Below, one piece after another: positions 13,019 to 23,610 of a DNA stretch of 64,000 nt. This DNA comes from Piscinibacter sp. (GTDB lineage Bacteria > Pseudomonadota > Gammaproteobacteria > Burkholderiales > Burkholderiaceae_C), in the NCBI GenBank assembly GCA_019635485.1, contig JAHBZL010000003.1:169087-233086 (forward strand), given 5' to 3'. Positions within the stretch are counted from its first letter, which is position 1. Each line of letters begins with the position of its first letter. A program made the position numbers and the translations under genes. The notes under the pieces are model-generated. The model saw nothing but the letters and a program-made list of their open reading frames with translations, did no database searches and was not told where the DNA came from.

Positions 13019-13102
13019 CAAGCAGTCGCCGCGGATCCGGCTCCGCCGGTCCGCTGGCGGCGCCCCCCAGGGGGGGAGCGCCGCAGGCGCTACGGGGGGG
13101 AT
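13019..13102. repeat. ~84-bp GC-rich multi-hairpin intergenic repeat, copy 2
   Basis: Similar to copy 1; starts directly after the ugpA stop codon. Confidence 0.85.
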
Positions 13103-13990
13103 TCAATACGTCACCTTCTTCTCGACGAAGCGGAACTGCACCACCGTCAGCGCGATGACGATGGCCATCAGCACCACCGACTGCGCGGCCGAACTGCCCA
13201 GGTCCAGCGCCTTGAAGCCATCGTAGTAGACCTTGTAGACGAGGATCGCGGTGTCCTTGCCCGGCCCGCCCTGCGTGGCCGCGTCGATGATGGCGAAGGT
13301 GTCGAAGAACGCGTAGACGACGTTGATCACGAGCAGGAAGAAGGTCGTCGGCGACAGCAGCGGGAACTGGATGGTCCAGAAGCGGCGCCATGGCCGCGCG
13401 CCATCGATCGCCGCGGCCTCGATCAGGCTCTTCGGGATGCTCTGCAGCCCGGCCAGGAAGAACAGGAAGTTGTAGGAAATCTGCTTCCACACCGCCGCCA
13501 CGACCACCAGCGTCATCGCCTGGCCGCTGTGGATCAGGTGGTTCCACTCGATCCCGATGCTGCGCAGCGCATACGAGACGATGCCGATCGACGGCGCGAA
13601 CATGAACAGCCACAGCACGCCCGCCACCGCCGGCGCGACGGCGTATGGCCAGATCAGCAGCGTGCGGTAGACCAGCGCGCCGTGCGCGACGCGGTCGGCG
13701 AACACCGCCAGCAGCAGCGAGATCGCGATGCCCGAAAACGCCACCAGCACCGAGAACACCGCGGTGGTCTGGAACGACGCCAGGTAGGTCGGGTCGTTCC
13801 AGAGGTTGGCGAAGTTCTCCAGCCCGACCCATTCGGTCGAGGTGCCGAAGGCGTCGGATTGCTGGAACGACTGCAGCAGTGCCTGGCCGGCCGGCCAGAA
13901 GAAGAACACCGCGATGACGACCGCCTGGGGCGCGAGCAGCACCCAGGGCAGCCAGCCGGAGCGGAAGACGACGCGTTTCTCGGCAGCCAA
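13103..13990 (-). CDS. ugpA: sn-glycerol-3-phosphate ABC transporter permease
   Basis: [27 protein letters not shown]; TTG start. Confidence 0.94.
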   Translation of the reverse strand: MAAEKRVVFRSGWLPWVLLAPQAVVIAVFFFWPAGQALLQSFQQSDAFGTSTEWVGLENFANLWNDPTYLASFQTTAVFSVLVAFSGIAISLLLAVFADRVAHGALVYRTLLIWPYAVAPAVAGVLWLFMFAPSIGIVSYALRSIGIEWNHLIHSGQAMTLVVVAAVWKQISYNFLFFLAGLQSIPKSLIEAAAIDGARPWRRFWTIQFPLLSPTTFFLLVINVVYAFFDTFAIIDAATQGGPGKDTAILVYKVYYDGFKALDLGSSAAQSVVLMAIVIALTVVQFRFVEKKVTY

Positions 13991-14010
13991 AGGGGCCTAC
14001 GCGCAATGCG

Positions 14011-14033
14011 CCTTCCCCGCTGGGCGGGGAAGG
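14011..14033. other. Intercistronic stem-loop between ugpB and ugpA (mRNA stabiliser or partial terminator)
   Basis: Perfect 10-bp inverted repeat CCTTCCCCGC-TGG-GCGGGGAAGG. Confidence 0.6.
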
Positions 14034-14078
14034 ACGGGGAGGGGTGCCGTCATGTCGGCCGTCGGGCGAAGGGGTCCG

Positions 14079-15386
14079 TCAGGACTTGTTCGCTTTCTCG
14101 AAGCGCTCCAGCAGTTCGTTGCCGCGCTTCACCGCGCTGTCCAGCGCGTCCTTGGCCCCCTTCTTGCCGGCCCAGACCTGCTCGAGCTCCTCGTCGACGA
14201 CCGCGCGGATCTGCAGCATGCTGCCCAGGCGCACGCCGCGCGACTTGTCGGTGGTCTTGCGGATCATCTGGTTGACGGCCGTGTCGGTGCCCGGATTCTG
14301 CTTGTAGAAGCCGGACTTCTCGGTCTCCGCCAGCGCGGCCAGCGTGATCGGCAGGTAGCCGGTGCGCTGGTGGCTCTTGGCCTGGATCTCCGCATTGGTG
14401 AGGTAGTTGAAGAACGCGGCGACGCCCTTGTACTCGGCCGGCTTCTTGCCGGACATCACCCACAGCGAAGCACCGCCGATCACGGTGTTCTGCGGTGCGC
14501 CGGGCACGTCGGGGTAGTAGGGCAGCGGCGCGATGCCGAACTCGAACTTGGCGTTCTTCTTGATGCTCGCGTAGGTCGACGACGACGCGGTTGCCATCGC
14601 GCATTCGCCCGAGTAGAACGGCGCGTCGCCGAGGTTGTTGCGGCCGCGGTAGTGGAACAGGCCCTGCTGCGCCATGTTGGCCAGGTTCTCGATGTGGCGC
14701 ACGTGCAGCGGGCTGTTGAACACCAGCCGCGCGCTGTTGCCGCCGAAGCCGTTGTTCTGCGTCGCGAACAGCGTGTTGTGCCAGGTCGAGAAGCTCTCCA
14801 ACTGCGTCCAGCCCTGCCAGCTGGTCGTGAACGGGCAGGCGACGCCCGAGGCCTTCAGCTTGGCGGCGGCGGCCACCAGTTCCGGCCAGGTGGCGGGCGG
14901 CTTGTTCGGGTCGAGGCCGGCCTTCCGGAAGGCATCCTTGTTGTAGTTGAGCACCGTCGTCGAGCTGTTGAACGGGAAGCTCAGCATCTGCCCGCTGGGC
15001 GCGGTGTAGTAGCCGACCACGGCCGGGATGTACAGCTTCGGGTCGAACTTGTAGCCGGCGTCGGCCAGCACCTTGCCGGCCGGCACGATGGCGCCCTTGC
15101 TGGCCATCATCGTCGCGGTGCCGACTTCGAACACCTGCACGATGTGCGGCGCGTTGCCGGCGCGGAAGGCAGCGATCGAGGCCGTCATCGACTCGTCGTA
15201 CTGGCCCTTGTAGGTCGGCACGACCTTGTAGTCCTTCTGGCTGGCGTTGAAGCCGTTGGCCAGGTCGATCACCCAGTCGTTCAGCCCGCCGGTCATCGAG
15301 TGCCACCACTGGATCTCGGTCTGGGCCTGGGCCGGCAGGGCGGCGGCAATGGCCAGGGCTGAAAGGGCAAGGCGCAGGGTCTTCAT
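14079..15386 (-). CDS. ugpB: sn-glycerol-3-phosphate ABC transporter substrate-binding protein
   Basis: Signal peptide, WWHSM, QVFEVGTATMM, PFNSST, GGASLWV. Confidence 0.96.
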   Translation of the reverse strand: MKTLRLALSALAIAAALPAQAQTEIQWWHSMTGGLNDWVIDLANGFNASQKDYKVVPTYKGQYDESMTASIAAFRAGNAPHIVQVFEVGTATMMASKGAIVPAGKVLADAGYKFDPKLYIPAVVGYYTAPSGQMLSFPFNSSTTVLNYNKDAFRKAGLDPNKPPATWPELVAAAAKLKASGVACPFTTSWQGWTQLESFSTWHNTLFATQNNGFGGNSARLVFNSPLHVRHIENLANMAQQGLFHYRGRNNLGDAPFYSGECAMATASSSTYASIKKNAKFEFGIAPLPYYPDVPGAPQNTVIGGASLWVMSGKKPAEYKGVAAFFNYLTNAEIQAKSHQRTGYLPITLAALAETEKSGFYKQNPGTDTAVNQMIRKTTDKSRGVRLGSMLQIRAVVDEELEQVWAGKKGAKDALDSAVKRGNELLERFEKANKS

Positions 15387-15596
15387 GACAGCTCCGTGAG
15401 GGTTTGGTGACGGCCGCGCGGGCCAGCCGACCAGTATCTGGCGATCTTGTGACAGGCGCGTTTATGGGCTCGAAGCGCGGGCGCAGCAACGGGGATAACC
15501 CGCCGCGCGCCGGCCCCTGCGGGGCAGGGAGAAGCCGCCCTTTGCTACGATTCGTCCCTGACTGCCTGCTCGGGGGCGAACCCGCCGCCGACCCTC

Positions 15597-18500
15597 ATGA
15601 ACGCACCTGCCACCCTGACCCAGCTGGCCGCCGTCGCCCAGGCCGGCCCGGCCGCCGAGGGGGACAGCCCGCGCCTGCGCGAGATCCCCTACAACTACAC
15701 CTCGTTCTCCGACCGCGAGATCGTCATCCGGCTGCTCGGCGCGCGCGCCTGGGACGTGCTGAACCGCCTGCGCGAGGAGCGCCGCACCGGCCGCTCGGCG
15801 CGCATGCTCTACGAGGTGCTGGGCGACATCTGGGTGGTGCAGCGCAACCCGTACCTGCAGGACGACCTGCTGGACAACCCGAAGCGCCGCCGCGCGCTGA
15901 TCGACGCGCTGCACCACCGGCTGCAGGCGATCGAGGCGCGTCGCGCGCCGGCCGCGGACGGTGCGCGCGACGCCTTCGTCGGCGAGCTGCTCGAGGCGGC
16001 CGGGCGCGCCGTCGAAGCCTTCGCGCAGCAGTTCGACACCATGGCCGACCTGCGCCGGCGCGTCGTGCGCGTGCTCGGGCGCGTGACCGCGCGCGACAAC
16101 ATCAAGTTCGACGGCCTGTCGCGCGTCGCGCACGTGACCGATGCGACCGACTGGCGCGTCGAGTACCCGTTCGTCGTGCTGACGCCGGACACCGAGGCCG
16201 AGATGGCCGCGCTGGTGGCCGGCTGCATCGAACTCGGCCTGACCATCATCCCGCGCGGCGGCGGCACGGGCTACACCGGCGGCGCGGTACCGCTGACCTG
16301 GTCCAGCGCGGTGATCAACACCGAGAAGCTGGAGGCGATGACCGAGGTCGAGATGATCGCGCTGCCCGGCGTCGACTACCCGGTCGCGACCGTCTGGACG
16401 GAGGCCGGCGTGGTCACCCAGCGGGTGGCGGACGCGGCCGAACGCGCCGGCTTCGTGTTCGCGGTCGACCCGACTTCGGCGGAGGCGTCCTGCGTCGGCG
16501 GCAACATCGCGATGAACGCCGGCGGCAAGAAAGCCGTGCTGTGGGGCACGGCGCTGGACAACCTCGCCTCCTGGCGCATGGTCACGCCGCAGGCGAAATG
16601 GCTCGAGGTGGTGCGGCTCGACCACAACCTCGGCAAGATCCACGACGTCGAGGTCGCGCGCTTCGAGCTGCGCTGGTTCGACGCCACGGGCAGGAAGCTC
16701 GAGCGCACCGAGCAGCTCGACATCCCCGGCGCCACCTTCCGCAAGGAGGGCCTGGGCAAGGACGTCACCGACAAGTTCCTGGCCGGCCTGCCCGGCATCC
16801 AGAAAGAGGGCTGCGACGGCCTGATCACCTCGGCGCGCTGGGTCGTGCACAAGATGCCGGCCCACACGCGCACGGTGTGCCTGGAGTTCTTCGGCAACGC
16901 CAAGGACGCGGTGCCCTCGATCGTCGAGATCAAGGACTTCATGTTCGCCGAGGCCAAGCGCGGTGGCGCGATCCTGGCCGGCCTGGAGCACCTGGACGAC
17001 CGCTACCTGAAGGCGGTCGGCTACGCGACCAAGAGCAAGCGCGCCGGGCTGCCGAAGATGGTGCTGGTCGGCGACATCGCCGGCGACGACGCCGACGCGG
17101 TGGCGCGCGCCGCGAGCGAAGTGGTCCGGCTGGCCAACGGCCGCGCGGGCGAGGGCTTCGTCGCGGTCAGTGCCGAGGCGCGCAAGAAGTTCTGGCTCGA
17201 CCGCAAGCGCACCGCGGCGATCAGCCGCCACACCAACGCCTTCAAGATCAACGAGGACGTGGTGATCCCGCTGCCCCGCATGGGCGAGTACACCGAAGGC
17301 ATCGAGCGCATCAACATCGAGCTCAGCCTGCGCAACAAGCTCGAGCTGGTCGACGCGCTGGAGCACTTATTCACCCACGGCAGCCTGCCGCTGGGCAAGA
17401 CGGACGACGCGAACGAGATCGCCAGCGCCGAGCTGCTGGGGGACCGGGTGCAGCGCGCCCTGGCGCTGCTGCGCGAGGTGCGCGGCCAGTGGCAGCACTG
17501 GCTGGCCCACCTCGACGCACCGAACCCGGCCAGCGGGCGGACCTTCTTCGCCGAGCTGCAGGACCACACGCTGCGCGCCTCGTGGAAGGGGCAGATCCGC
17601 GCCCCGCTGCAGCAGCTGTTCGCGGGGGCGGCATTGGCGCCCATCGTCGACGCCTGCCAGCAGATCCACGGCCAGGTGCTGAAGGGCCGCGTCTGGGTCG
17701 CGCTGCATATGCACGCCGGCGACGGCAACGTGCACACCAACATCCCGGTCAACAGCGACAACTACGCGATGCTGCAGACCGCCCACGAGGCGGTGGCGCG
17801 CATCATGGCGCTGGCGCGCCGGCTGGACGGCGTGATCTCCGGCGAACACGGCATCGGCATCACCAAGCTCGAGTTCCTGACCGATGCGGAGCTGGCCGGC
17901 TTCACCGACTACAAGCAGCGCGTCGATCCCGAGGGGCGCTTCAACAAGGGCAAGCTGCTGCGCGATCCGGCGGCGGCCGGCGGGCTGAAGGCGGACCTGA
18001 CGAACGCCTACACGCCCAGCTTCGGGCTGATGGGCCACGAGTCGCTGATCATGCAGCAGAGCGACATCGGCGCCATCGCCGACAGCGTCAAGGACTGCCT
18101 GCGCTGCGGCAAGTGCAAGCCGGTGTGCGCGACGCACGTGCCGCGCGCCAACCTGCTGTACAGCCCGCGCAACAAGATCCTCGCCACCTCGCTGCTGGTG
18201 GAGGCCTTCCTCTACGAGGAGCAGACGCGCCGCGGCATCAGCATCAAGCACTGGCAGGAGTTCGAGGACGTCGCCGACCACTGCACCGTCTGCCACAAGT
18301 GCCTGTCGCCGTGCCCGGTGAAGATCGACTTCGGCGACGTGTCGATGAACATGCGCAACCTGCTGCGCAAGATGGGGCAGAAGAGCTTCCGCCCGGGCAA
18401 CCGGATGGCGATGATGTTCCTGAACGCGACGCAGCCGGAGTCGATCCGCCTGATGCGCCGCGCGATGGTCGACGTCGGCTTCAAGGCGCAGCGCGCCGCG

Positions 18501-19523
18501 CACCGCCTGCTGCAGGGGCTCGCGAAGCGCCAGACCGCCAAGCCGCCGGCCACCGTCGGCCCGGCGCCGGTCAAGGAACAGGTGATCCACTTCATCAACA
18601 AGAAGATGCCGGGCGGGCTGCCCAAGCGCACCGCGCGTGCGTTGCTGGACATCGAGGACAAGGCCTACGTGCCGATCATCCGCGACCCGAAGACGACGAC
18701 GGCCGACAGCGAGGCGGTGTTCTACTTCCCGGGCTGCGGCTCGGAGCGGCTGTTCTCGCAGGTGGGCCTCGCGACGCAGGCGATGCTGTGGCACGCGGGC
18801 GTGCAGACGGTGCTGCCGCCGGGCTACCTGTGCTGCGGCTACCCGCAGCGCGGCAGCGGTGATTTCGACCGTGCGGAGAAGATGATCACCGACAACCGGG
18901 TGCTCTTCCACCGCGTCGCGAACACGCTGAACTATCTCGACATCAAGACCGTGGTGGTGAGCTGCGGCACCTGCTACGACCAGCTGCAGGGCTACAAGTT
19001 CGAGGACATCTTCCCGGGCTGCCGCATCGTCGACATCCACGAGTTCCTGCTCGAGAAGGGCATCAAGCTCGACGGCGCCGGGGGCTACCTGTACCACGAC
19101 CCCTGCCACAGCCCGATGAAGCTGCAGGACCCGATGAAGACGGTGCGCGCGCTCGTCGGCGAGCAGGTGCGCAAGAGCGAACGCTGCTGCGGCGAGAGCG
19201 GCACGCTCGGGGTGACGCGGCCGGATATCTCGACGCAGGTGCGCTTCCGCAAGGAGGAGGAACTGCGCAAGGACGAGGCTGCGCTGCGCGCGATGATGGC
19301 AGGCACCTCGGGTGCCGCGGCCGCCACCGGCAACCTGAAGATCCTCACCTCCTGCCCGAGCTGCCTGCAGGGCCTGAAGCGCTACGGCGACGACCTCGCC
19401 AACGGGCTGCTCGAGGCCGACTACATCGTCGTCGAGATGGCGGGCCGGATCCTCGGCGAGAACTGGCTGCCCGACTACGTGGCGCGCGCGAACGACGGCG
19501 GCATCGAGCGGGTGCTGGTCTGA
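15597..19523 (+). CDS. DUF3683-type FAD-linked oxidoreductase with 4Fe-4S and CCG domains
   Basis: [10 protein letters not shown]-terminus, [14 protein letters not shown] motif, [35 protein letters not shown] motifs. Confidence 0.88.
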   Translation: MNAPATLTQLAAVAQAGPAAEGDSPRLREIPYNYTSFSDREIVIRLLGARAWDVLNRLREERRTGRSARMLYEVLGDIWVVQRNPYLQDDLLDNPKRRRALIDALHHRLQAIEARRAPAADGARDAFVGELLEAAGRAVEAFAQQFDTMADLRRRVVRVLGRVTARDNIKFDGLSRVAHVTDATDWRVEYPFVVLTPDTEAEMAALVAGCIELGLTIIPRGGGTGYTGGAVPLTWSSAVINTEKLEAMTEVEMIALPGVDYPVATVWTEAGVVTQRVADAAERAGFVFAVDPTSAEASCVGGNIAMNAGGKKAVLWGTALDNLASWRMVTPQAKWLEVVRLDHNLGKIHDVEVARFELRWFDATGRKLERTEQLDIPGATFRKEGLGKDVTDKFLAGLPGIQKEGCDGLITSARWVVHKMPAHTRTVCLEFFGNAKDAVPSIVEIKDFMFAEAKRGGAILAGLEHLDDRYLKAVGYATKSKRAGLPKMVLVGDIAGDDADAVARAASEVVRLANGRAGEGFVAVSAEARKKFWLDRKRTAAISRHTNAFKINEDVVIPLPRMGEYTEGIERINIELSLRNKLELVDALEHLFTHGSLPLGKTDDANEIASAELLGDRVQRALALLREVRGQWQHWLAHLDAPNPASGRTFFAELQDHTLRASWKGQIRAPLQQLFAGAALAPIVDACQQIHGQVLKGRVWVALHMHAGDGNVHTNIPVNSDNYAMLQTAHEAVARIMALARRLDGVISGEHGIGITKLEFLTDAELAGFTDYKQRVDPEGRFNKGKLLRDPAAAGGLKADLTNAYTPSFGLMGHESLIMQQSDIGAIADSVKDCLRCGKCKPVCATHVPRANLLYSPRNKILATSLLVEAFLYEEQTRRGISIKHWQEFEDVADHCTVCHKCLSPCPVKIDFGDVSMNMRNLLRKMGQKSFRPGNRMAMMFLNATQPESIRLMRRAMVDVGFKAQRAAHRLLQGLAKRQTAKPPATVGPAPVKEQVIHFINKKMPGGLPKRTARALLDIEDKAYVPIIRDPKTTTADSEAVFYFPGCGSERLFSQVGLATQAMLWHAGVQTVLPPGYLCCGYPQRGSGDFDRAEKMITDNRVLFHRVANTLNYLDIKTVVVSCGTCYDQLQGYKFEDIFPGCRIVDIHEFLLEKGIKLDGAGGYLYHDPCHSPMKLQDPMKTVRALVGEQVRKSERCCGESGTLGVTRPDISTQVRFRKEEELRKDEAALRAMMAGTSGAAAATGNLKILTSCPSCLQGLKRYGDDLANGLLEADYIVVEMAGRILGENWLPDYVARANDGGIERVLV

Positions 19524-19536
19524 GAAGCCGCGCGGC

Positions 19537-19938
19537 TCAGCGGATCAGCACCCCGGCTTCCTCCAGGAACATCCGCGACGGCAGCGTGTCGGCGAAGCCG
19601 CTGGCCGGCAGGCGCTGCGGCAGGTCGTCGGCCAGCAGGCGCGCCAGTTCGGCCTTGGCCGCGGCGAGCGCCTGCGGCGAAGCCGGCGGCACCGCCGGCT
19701 CGGGGGTCGGCTCGGCCAGGCGGTCGATCTCGCGGCGTGCCGCGGTCAGCTCGTCCTGCAGCTGGCCGACCTGGCGCCTGGCGCGATCGAGCTGGTCGGT
19801 CAGCGCGTGGCGCTGCTTGTCGAGCCGTTCCTGGAGGCGGGCCACGCCGAGCCGGTAGCGGCGCGTCAGGAACGAGCCGTACCCGAACGCGGCCGAGACG
19901 GTCACGAGGCAGACGAGGAAGGCGGCGAGCGAGTTCAT
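19537..19938 (-). CDS. Hypothetical protein: N-terminal TM anchor, coiled coil, C-terminal GFADTLP
   Basis: Hydrophobic N-terminus, heptad-like region, GGGGA RBS, TAGCAT -10 upstream. Confidence 0.7.
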   Translation of the reverse strand: MNSLAAFLVCLVTVSAAFGYGSFLTRRYRLGVARLQERLDKQRHALTDQLDRARRQVGQLQDELTAARREIDRLAEPTPEPAVPPASPQALAAAKAELARLLADDLPQRLPASGFADTLPSRMFLEEAGVLIR

Positions 19939-20025
19939 GCGATTCCCCAGCGGACAACGGGTCCATGCTAGGGGCGGGCCCGCCGCGGCCCGAATGACGC
20001 ATCTCACGCGGCGCCGCCGCGCCGC

Positions 20026-20051
20026 CGGCCCCCCCGCGACTCCGGGGGCCG
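20026..20051. terminator. Hairpin downstream of the Bug gene
   Basis: Inverted repeat CGGCCCCC/GGGGGCCG; no clear U tract. Confidence 0.35.
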
Positions 20052-20059
20052 ATTCCTGC

Positions 20060-21037
20060 TCACTCTGCCGATAGTCGGCGCTCGCGAATCAGCGCGTGCC
20101 AGAAGGTGGTCTCCTTCCGGATGAAGGCCGCCAGCGCCGGCCCGTCGGTGGGCGTGACCTCGAGGCCGAAGTCCTCGAGACGGGCGCGGACCTCGGGCGT
20201 CGCGATCGCCTTGTTCATCTCCGTGGTGAGGCGCGCGACGATGTCCGCCGGCGTGCCCTTGGGCACGAACAGGCCCTGCCAGGCGGTGACCTCGAAGTCC
20301 TTCACCCCCAGCTCGTCCAGCGTCGGCACGTCGGGCAGCGAGGGAATGCGCTTCTTCGACATCACCGCGAGCGCCTTGACCTTGCCGGCGCGGATCTGCG
20401 GCAGGCCGGCGGCCGTGTCCAGCACCATCATCGGCACCTGGCCCGAGATCACGTCCTGGACGGCCAGCGCCGTTCCCCGGTAAGGCACGTGCACGACGAA
20501 GGTCTTGGTCCGGTCCTTGAGCAGTTCCATCGCCAGGTGGTGCGGGCTGCCGATGCCGGGCGAGGCGTAGCTGAACTTGCCCGGGTTCTTCTTCAGGTCG
20601 TCGAGCAGCTGCCGTCCGCTCGCGAAACCGGCGTCCGGGTTGACGGCCAGGATCAGCGGAAAGCGCGCCATGAAGCCGATCGGCGTGAAGTCCGAAGGCG
20701 CGTACGGGATCTTCTTGTACATCGCCTCGTGGAAGACCATCGCGCCGTTGTCGCCGGTGACGATGGTGTAGCCGTCCGGCGGCGACTTGGCGGCGTTGTC
20801 GGTGCCGATGATGCCGGCGGCGCCGGGTCGGTTGTCGATCACGATGTTCTGGCCGAGCTGCTTGGCGAGTTGCGGCGACAGCTGGCGCGCCAGGAAGTCC
20901 GAGCCGCCGCCGGCCGGGTAGGCGACCACCCAGCGGATGGGCTTGCCCTGCGGCCAGGTGTCCGCCAGGGCCGGAGCGGCGGCGAGCAGCGCGGCGAGGA
21001 GGGCTAGGGTGTGGCGACGGTTCGGCAGCAGGGTCAT
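20060..21037 (-). CDS. Bug/TctC-family tripartite tricarboxylate transporter substrate-binding protein
   Basis: YPAGGGSD, DNRPGAAG, HVPYRG, LPDVPT. Confidence 0.95.
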   Translation of the reverse strand: MTLLPNRRHTLALLAALLAAAPALADTWPQGKPIRWVVAYPAGGGSDFLARQLSPQLAKQLGQNIVIDNRPGAAGIIGTDNAAKSPPDGYTIVTGDNGAMVFHEAMYKKIPYAPSDFTPIGFMARFPLILAVNPDAGFASGRQLLDDLKKNPGKFSYASPGIGSPHHLAMELLKDRTKTFVVHVPYRGTALAVQDVISGQVPMMVLDTAAGLPQIRAGKVKALAVMSKKRIPSLPDVPTLDELGVKDFEVTAWQGLFVPKGTPADIVARLTTEMNKAIATPEVRARLEDFGLEVTPTDGPALAAFIRKETTFWHALIRERRLSAE

Positions 21038-21131
21038 GGGTGTGACGGAGAGGGTTGGGGATGCGCCCATCTTAGGACCTCGTTGCGAACGGCGAGAATC
21101 GGGTCCGGCGAACGCCCCGACAATGCTGGCC

Positions 21132-23066
21132 ATGCCGTCCCTCCTGGACTCCTGCCGATGGCTGTGCCTCGGCGGCCTCGCCGCCCTGCTGGCCGGCGGG
21201 GCGGCGGGTGCCGCGCCGGCCGCGCCGTATCCCGAGGAACTGCTCGCGATCCACGAGCTCGAGCTGGAGGATCCGCGGGCCGCGCTGGCGCGGGGCCGCG
21301 AGGTCGTGGACGATCCGGAGCGTGCCTTCTGGCGCGCGCTGGGTCGGGCCAGCGTCAATACGCTGCTCGAGCACAGCAGCGCCGCGCAGCGCGACGTCGA
21401 CAGTGCCCGGGCCACCCTGGCGAGGCTCCCGGCGGCCACCCCGCGCCACCACCTGTGGCTCGAGGCCTACGCGATCGGCGCGGCCTACCGCACCGCCGAC
21501 GTCGGGGCGCTGCTGCAGCGCAATGTCGAACTGCGGCGCGCCGCGCTGCCGCTGCGCGACGTCCATCTGCTGTGCGAGGTGTCCGCGGCCGACATGTTCC
21601 TGCTGCGCGACACCAATGCGCTCGACGAGGCCTGGATCGCGGCCGAGGAGGCCGAACGCTGCGGCCGCGAACTCGCGTTGCCGCACCTGGAGACCGCGGC
21701 GCTGATCGGCCTGGGCGGGCTGGCAGGCGACCTGGGCGGCAAGGCGCCGACCGAGAGCTACTTCGAGCGCGCGCTGGCGGTGCTGGGCCCGCGCAGCGCC
21801 CGCTTCCAGCGCGCCTGGATCGAGTGGGAGCTGGGCAATGCATTCCGGCGCCAGAACCGTGCCGAGGCGGCGGCCCGCTACTTCGAGGCGGCGCTGGCAC
21901 GCAGCCGCGAGATCGGCGACACCAGCAGCGAAACGATCGTCACCCTCGACCTGGCCGGGCTGCAGCTCGCGCAGGGTGACGCCGCACGGGCGCTGTCCCT
22001 GGTACGCGAGGTGATGCCGAACCTGGAGGCGGCCGAATCGCCGGTGCGCATGGCCACGGCGCTGCGCCTGACGATCGAAGCGCTGACCCGCCTGCGCCGC
22101 CCCGGCGTGCTGGCCGAGATCGAGCGCGCCCGCGCGCTGGACGCCTACCCGGTGCCGGCCCACGAACGCACGGCGCTGGCACGTGCCGTTGCCGCCGCCT
22201 ATGCGGCGCAGGGCATGCACGCGCAGGCCTATGCCGAGCTGCTGCGGGTGACGCAGTCGATCGACCAGGGCCAGCAGTCGATGCGCGATGCGCAGGTGCT
22301 GCGCCTGCAGGCGCGCTACGAGATCGCGCGCCGCGAGGCCGAGGTGGCCGATCTGCGCCATCGCGCGGAGGCCGCGCGGCTGGAACTGGCGGCGCGCGAC
22401 GCCCAGCAGCGCGCCTTGTGGGCCGCGCTGGTGGTGCTGGCCGGCGTGGCCGGCCTGGCCTTGTGGGCCGTGCTGCGGGTGCTGCGCCGCCGCCGCCACC
22501 TGGCCGAGCTGGCGATGCGCGACGAGCTGACGGGCATGCCGAACCGCCGCGCCGTGCTGGCGTTCGGGCAGGAACAGTTTCGCCTGTGCCGGCGCCTGGG
22601 GCTGCCGCTGTCCGTCGCGCTGGTGGATCTGGACCACTTCAAGACGGTCAATGACCGCTACGGTCACGCGGTCGGCGACCGGGTGCTGACGACCTTCGCC
22701 GCCTGCGCCCGCGGCGTGCTGCGCGGGCAGGACCGCATCGGCCGCTACGGCGGCGACGAGTGGCTGCTGGTGATGCCCGGGGCCGGCCCGGCGCAGATCG
22801 AGCAGGCGTTCGAGCGCTTGCGCAACGCGCTGGCGGCGCAGGCGATCGACGGCCTGCCGGAGCCCGGACGGGTCACGCTGTCGATGGGCGCGGCCGGCCT
22901 GGTCCAGGAGGTCGACTCCCTGGACGCGTTGATCGAAGAGGCGGACCGGCAGCTCTACCGGGCCAAGGCCGAGGGGCGCAACACCTTGCGCCAGCCGGCC
23001 GGCGGGCCTGGCACCGGGGCCGAGGGCGACGTCTCCGCGCCGCTGCCGCTGCCGGCCTCCGCGTAG
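21132..23066 (+). CDS. Membrane-anchored diguanylate cyclase with TPR-like periplasmic region
   Basis: Signal peptide, helical repeats, TM segment, DELTGMPNRR, DLDHFKTVND, RGQD I-site, RYGGDEW; alternative start 21123. Confidence 0.88.
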   Translation: MPSLLDSCRWLCLGGLAALLAGGAAGAAPAAPYPEELLAIHELELEDPRAALARGREVVDDPERAFWRALGRASVNTLLEHSSAAQRDVDSARATLARLPAATPRHHLWLEAYAIGAAYRTADVGALLQRNVELRRAALPLRDVHLLCEVSAADMFLLRDTNALDEAWIAAEEAERCGRELALPHLETAALIGLGGLAGDLGGKAPTESYFERALAVLGPRSARFQRAWIEWELGNAFRRQNRAEAAARYFEAALARSREIGDTSSETIVTLDLAGLQLAQGDAARALSLVREVMPNLEAAESPVRMATALRLTIEALTRLRRPGVLAEIERARALDAYPVPAHERTALARAVAAAYAAQGMHAQAYAELLRVTQSIDQGQQSMRDAQVLRLQARYEIARREAEVADLRHRAEAARLELAARDAQQRALWAALVVLAGVAGLALWAVLRVLRRRRHLAELAMRDELTGMPNRRAVLAFGQEQFRLCRRLGLPLSVALVDLDHFKTVNDRYGHAVGDRVLTTFAACARGVLRGQDRIGRYGGDEWLLVMPGAGPAQIEQAFERLRNALAAQAIDGLPEPGRVTLSMGAAGLVQEVDSLDALIEEADRQLYRAKAEGRNTLRQPAGGPGTGAEGDVSAPLPLPASA

Positions 23067-23075
23067 CCTCGGATC

Positions 23076-23522
23076 ATGGCCACGTCGCCCGACTGCCCGC
23101 TGTGCCGCGACGCTGGGGGCCTGCTCGTCTGGCAGGACGCGGATTGGCGCGTGATCCGGGCCGCCGAGCCGGACTTCCCGGCCTTCTACCGCGTCGTCGC
23201 GCAGGCGCATGTGGCCGAGTTCTCGCAGCTGCCGGCGCCGGCGCGGCAGCGCTGCATGGAACTGGTCTGCGTGGTCGAGCGCACGCTGATCGAGCGGCTG
23301 GCGCCGACCAAGATCAACCTCGCCGCGCTCGGCAACATGGTGCCGCACCTGCACTGGCACGTGATCGCACGTTTCGACTGGGACAGCCATTTCCCGCAGG
23401 CCGTCTGGGGGCCGCGCCAGCGCGACGCCGACGCCGGGGCGCTGCAGCGGCTGCGGGCGTCGCTCGACGGGCTCGACGGGCTCGATGCGGCGCTCGCGGC
23501 GGCGCTGTGCCGGGTCGGGTAG
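23076..23522 (+). CDS. HIT family protein
   Basis: CPLC and GNMVPHLHWH histidine triad. Confidence 0.92.
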   Translation: MATSPDCPLCRDAGGLLVWQDADWRVIRAAEPDFPAFYRVVAQAHVAEFSQLPAPARQRCMELVCVVERTLIERLAPTKINLAALGNMVPHLHWHVIARFDWDSHFPQAVWGPRQRDADAGALQRLRASLDGLDGLDAALAAALCRVG

Positions 23523-23610
23523 CCCGGAAGACCGCATCGGCGAAGGCCCCAATCGAATCGCGGGCAGTGCCTTCGCTACACTGCGCCCGCTCCGCTTCAA
23601 ACCTGCATCC

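Noticed and set aside
12965-13021. Longer ugpE start at TTG 13021
   Set aside because: The MVERRP start at 12964 matches UgpE N-termini; the extension runs into the repeat
12028-13102. Repeats as a CRISPR array
   Set aside because: Only dispersed ~85-bp copies separated by whole genes; no regular spacers and no cas genes
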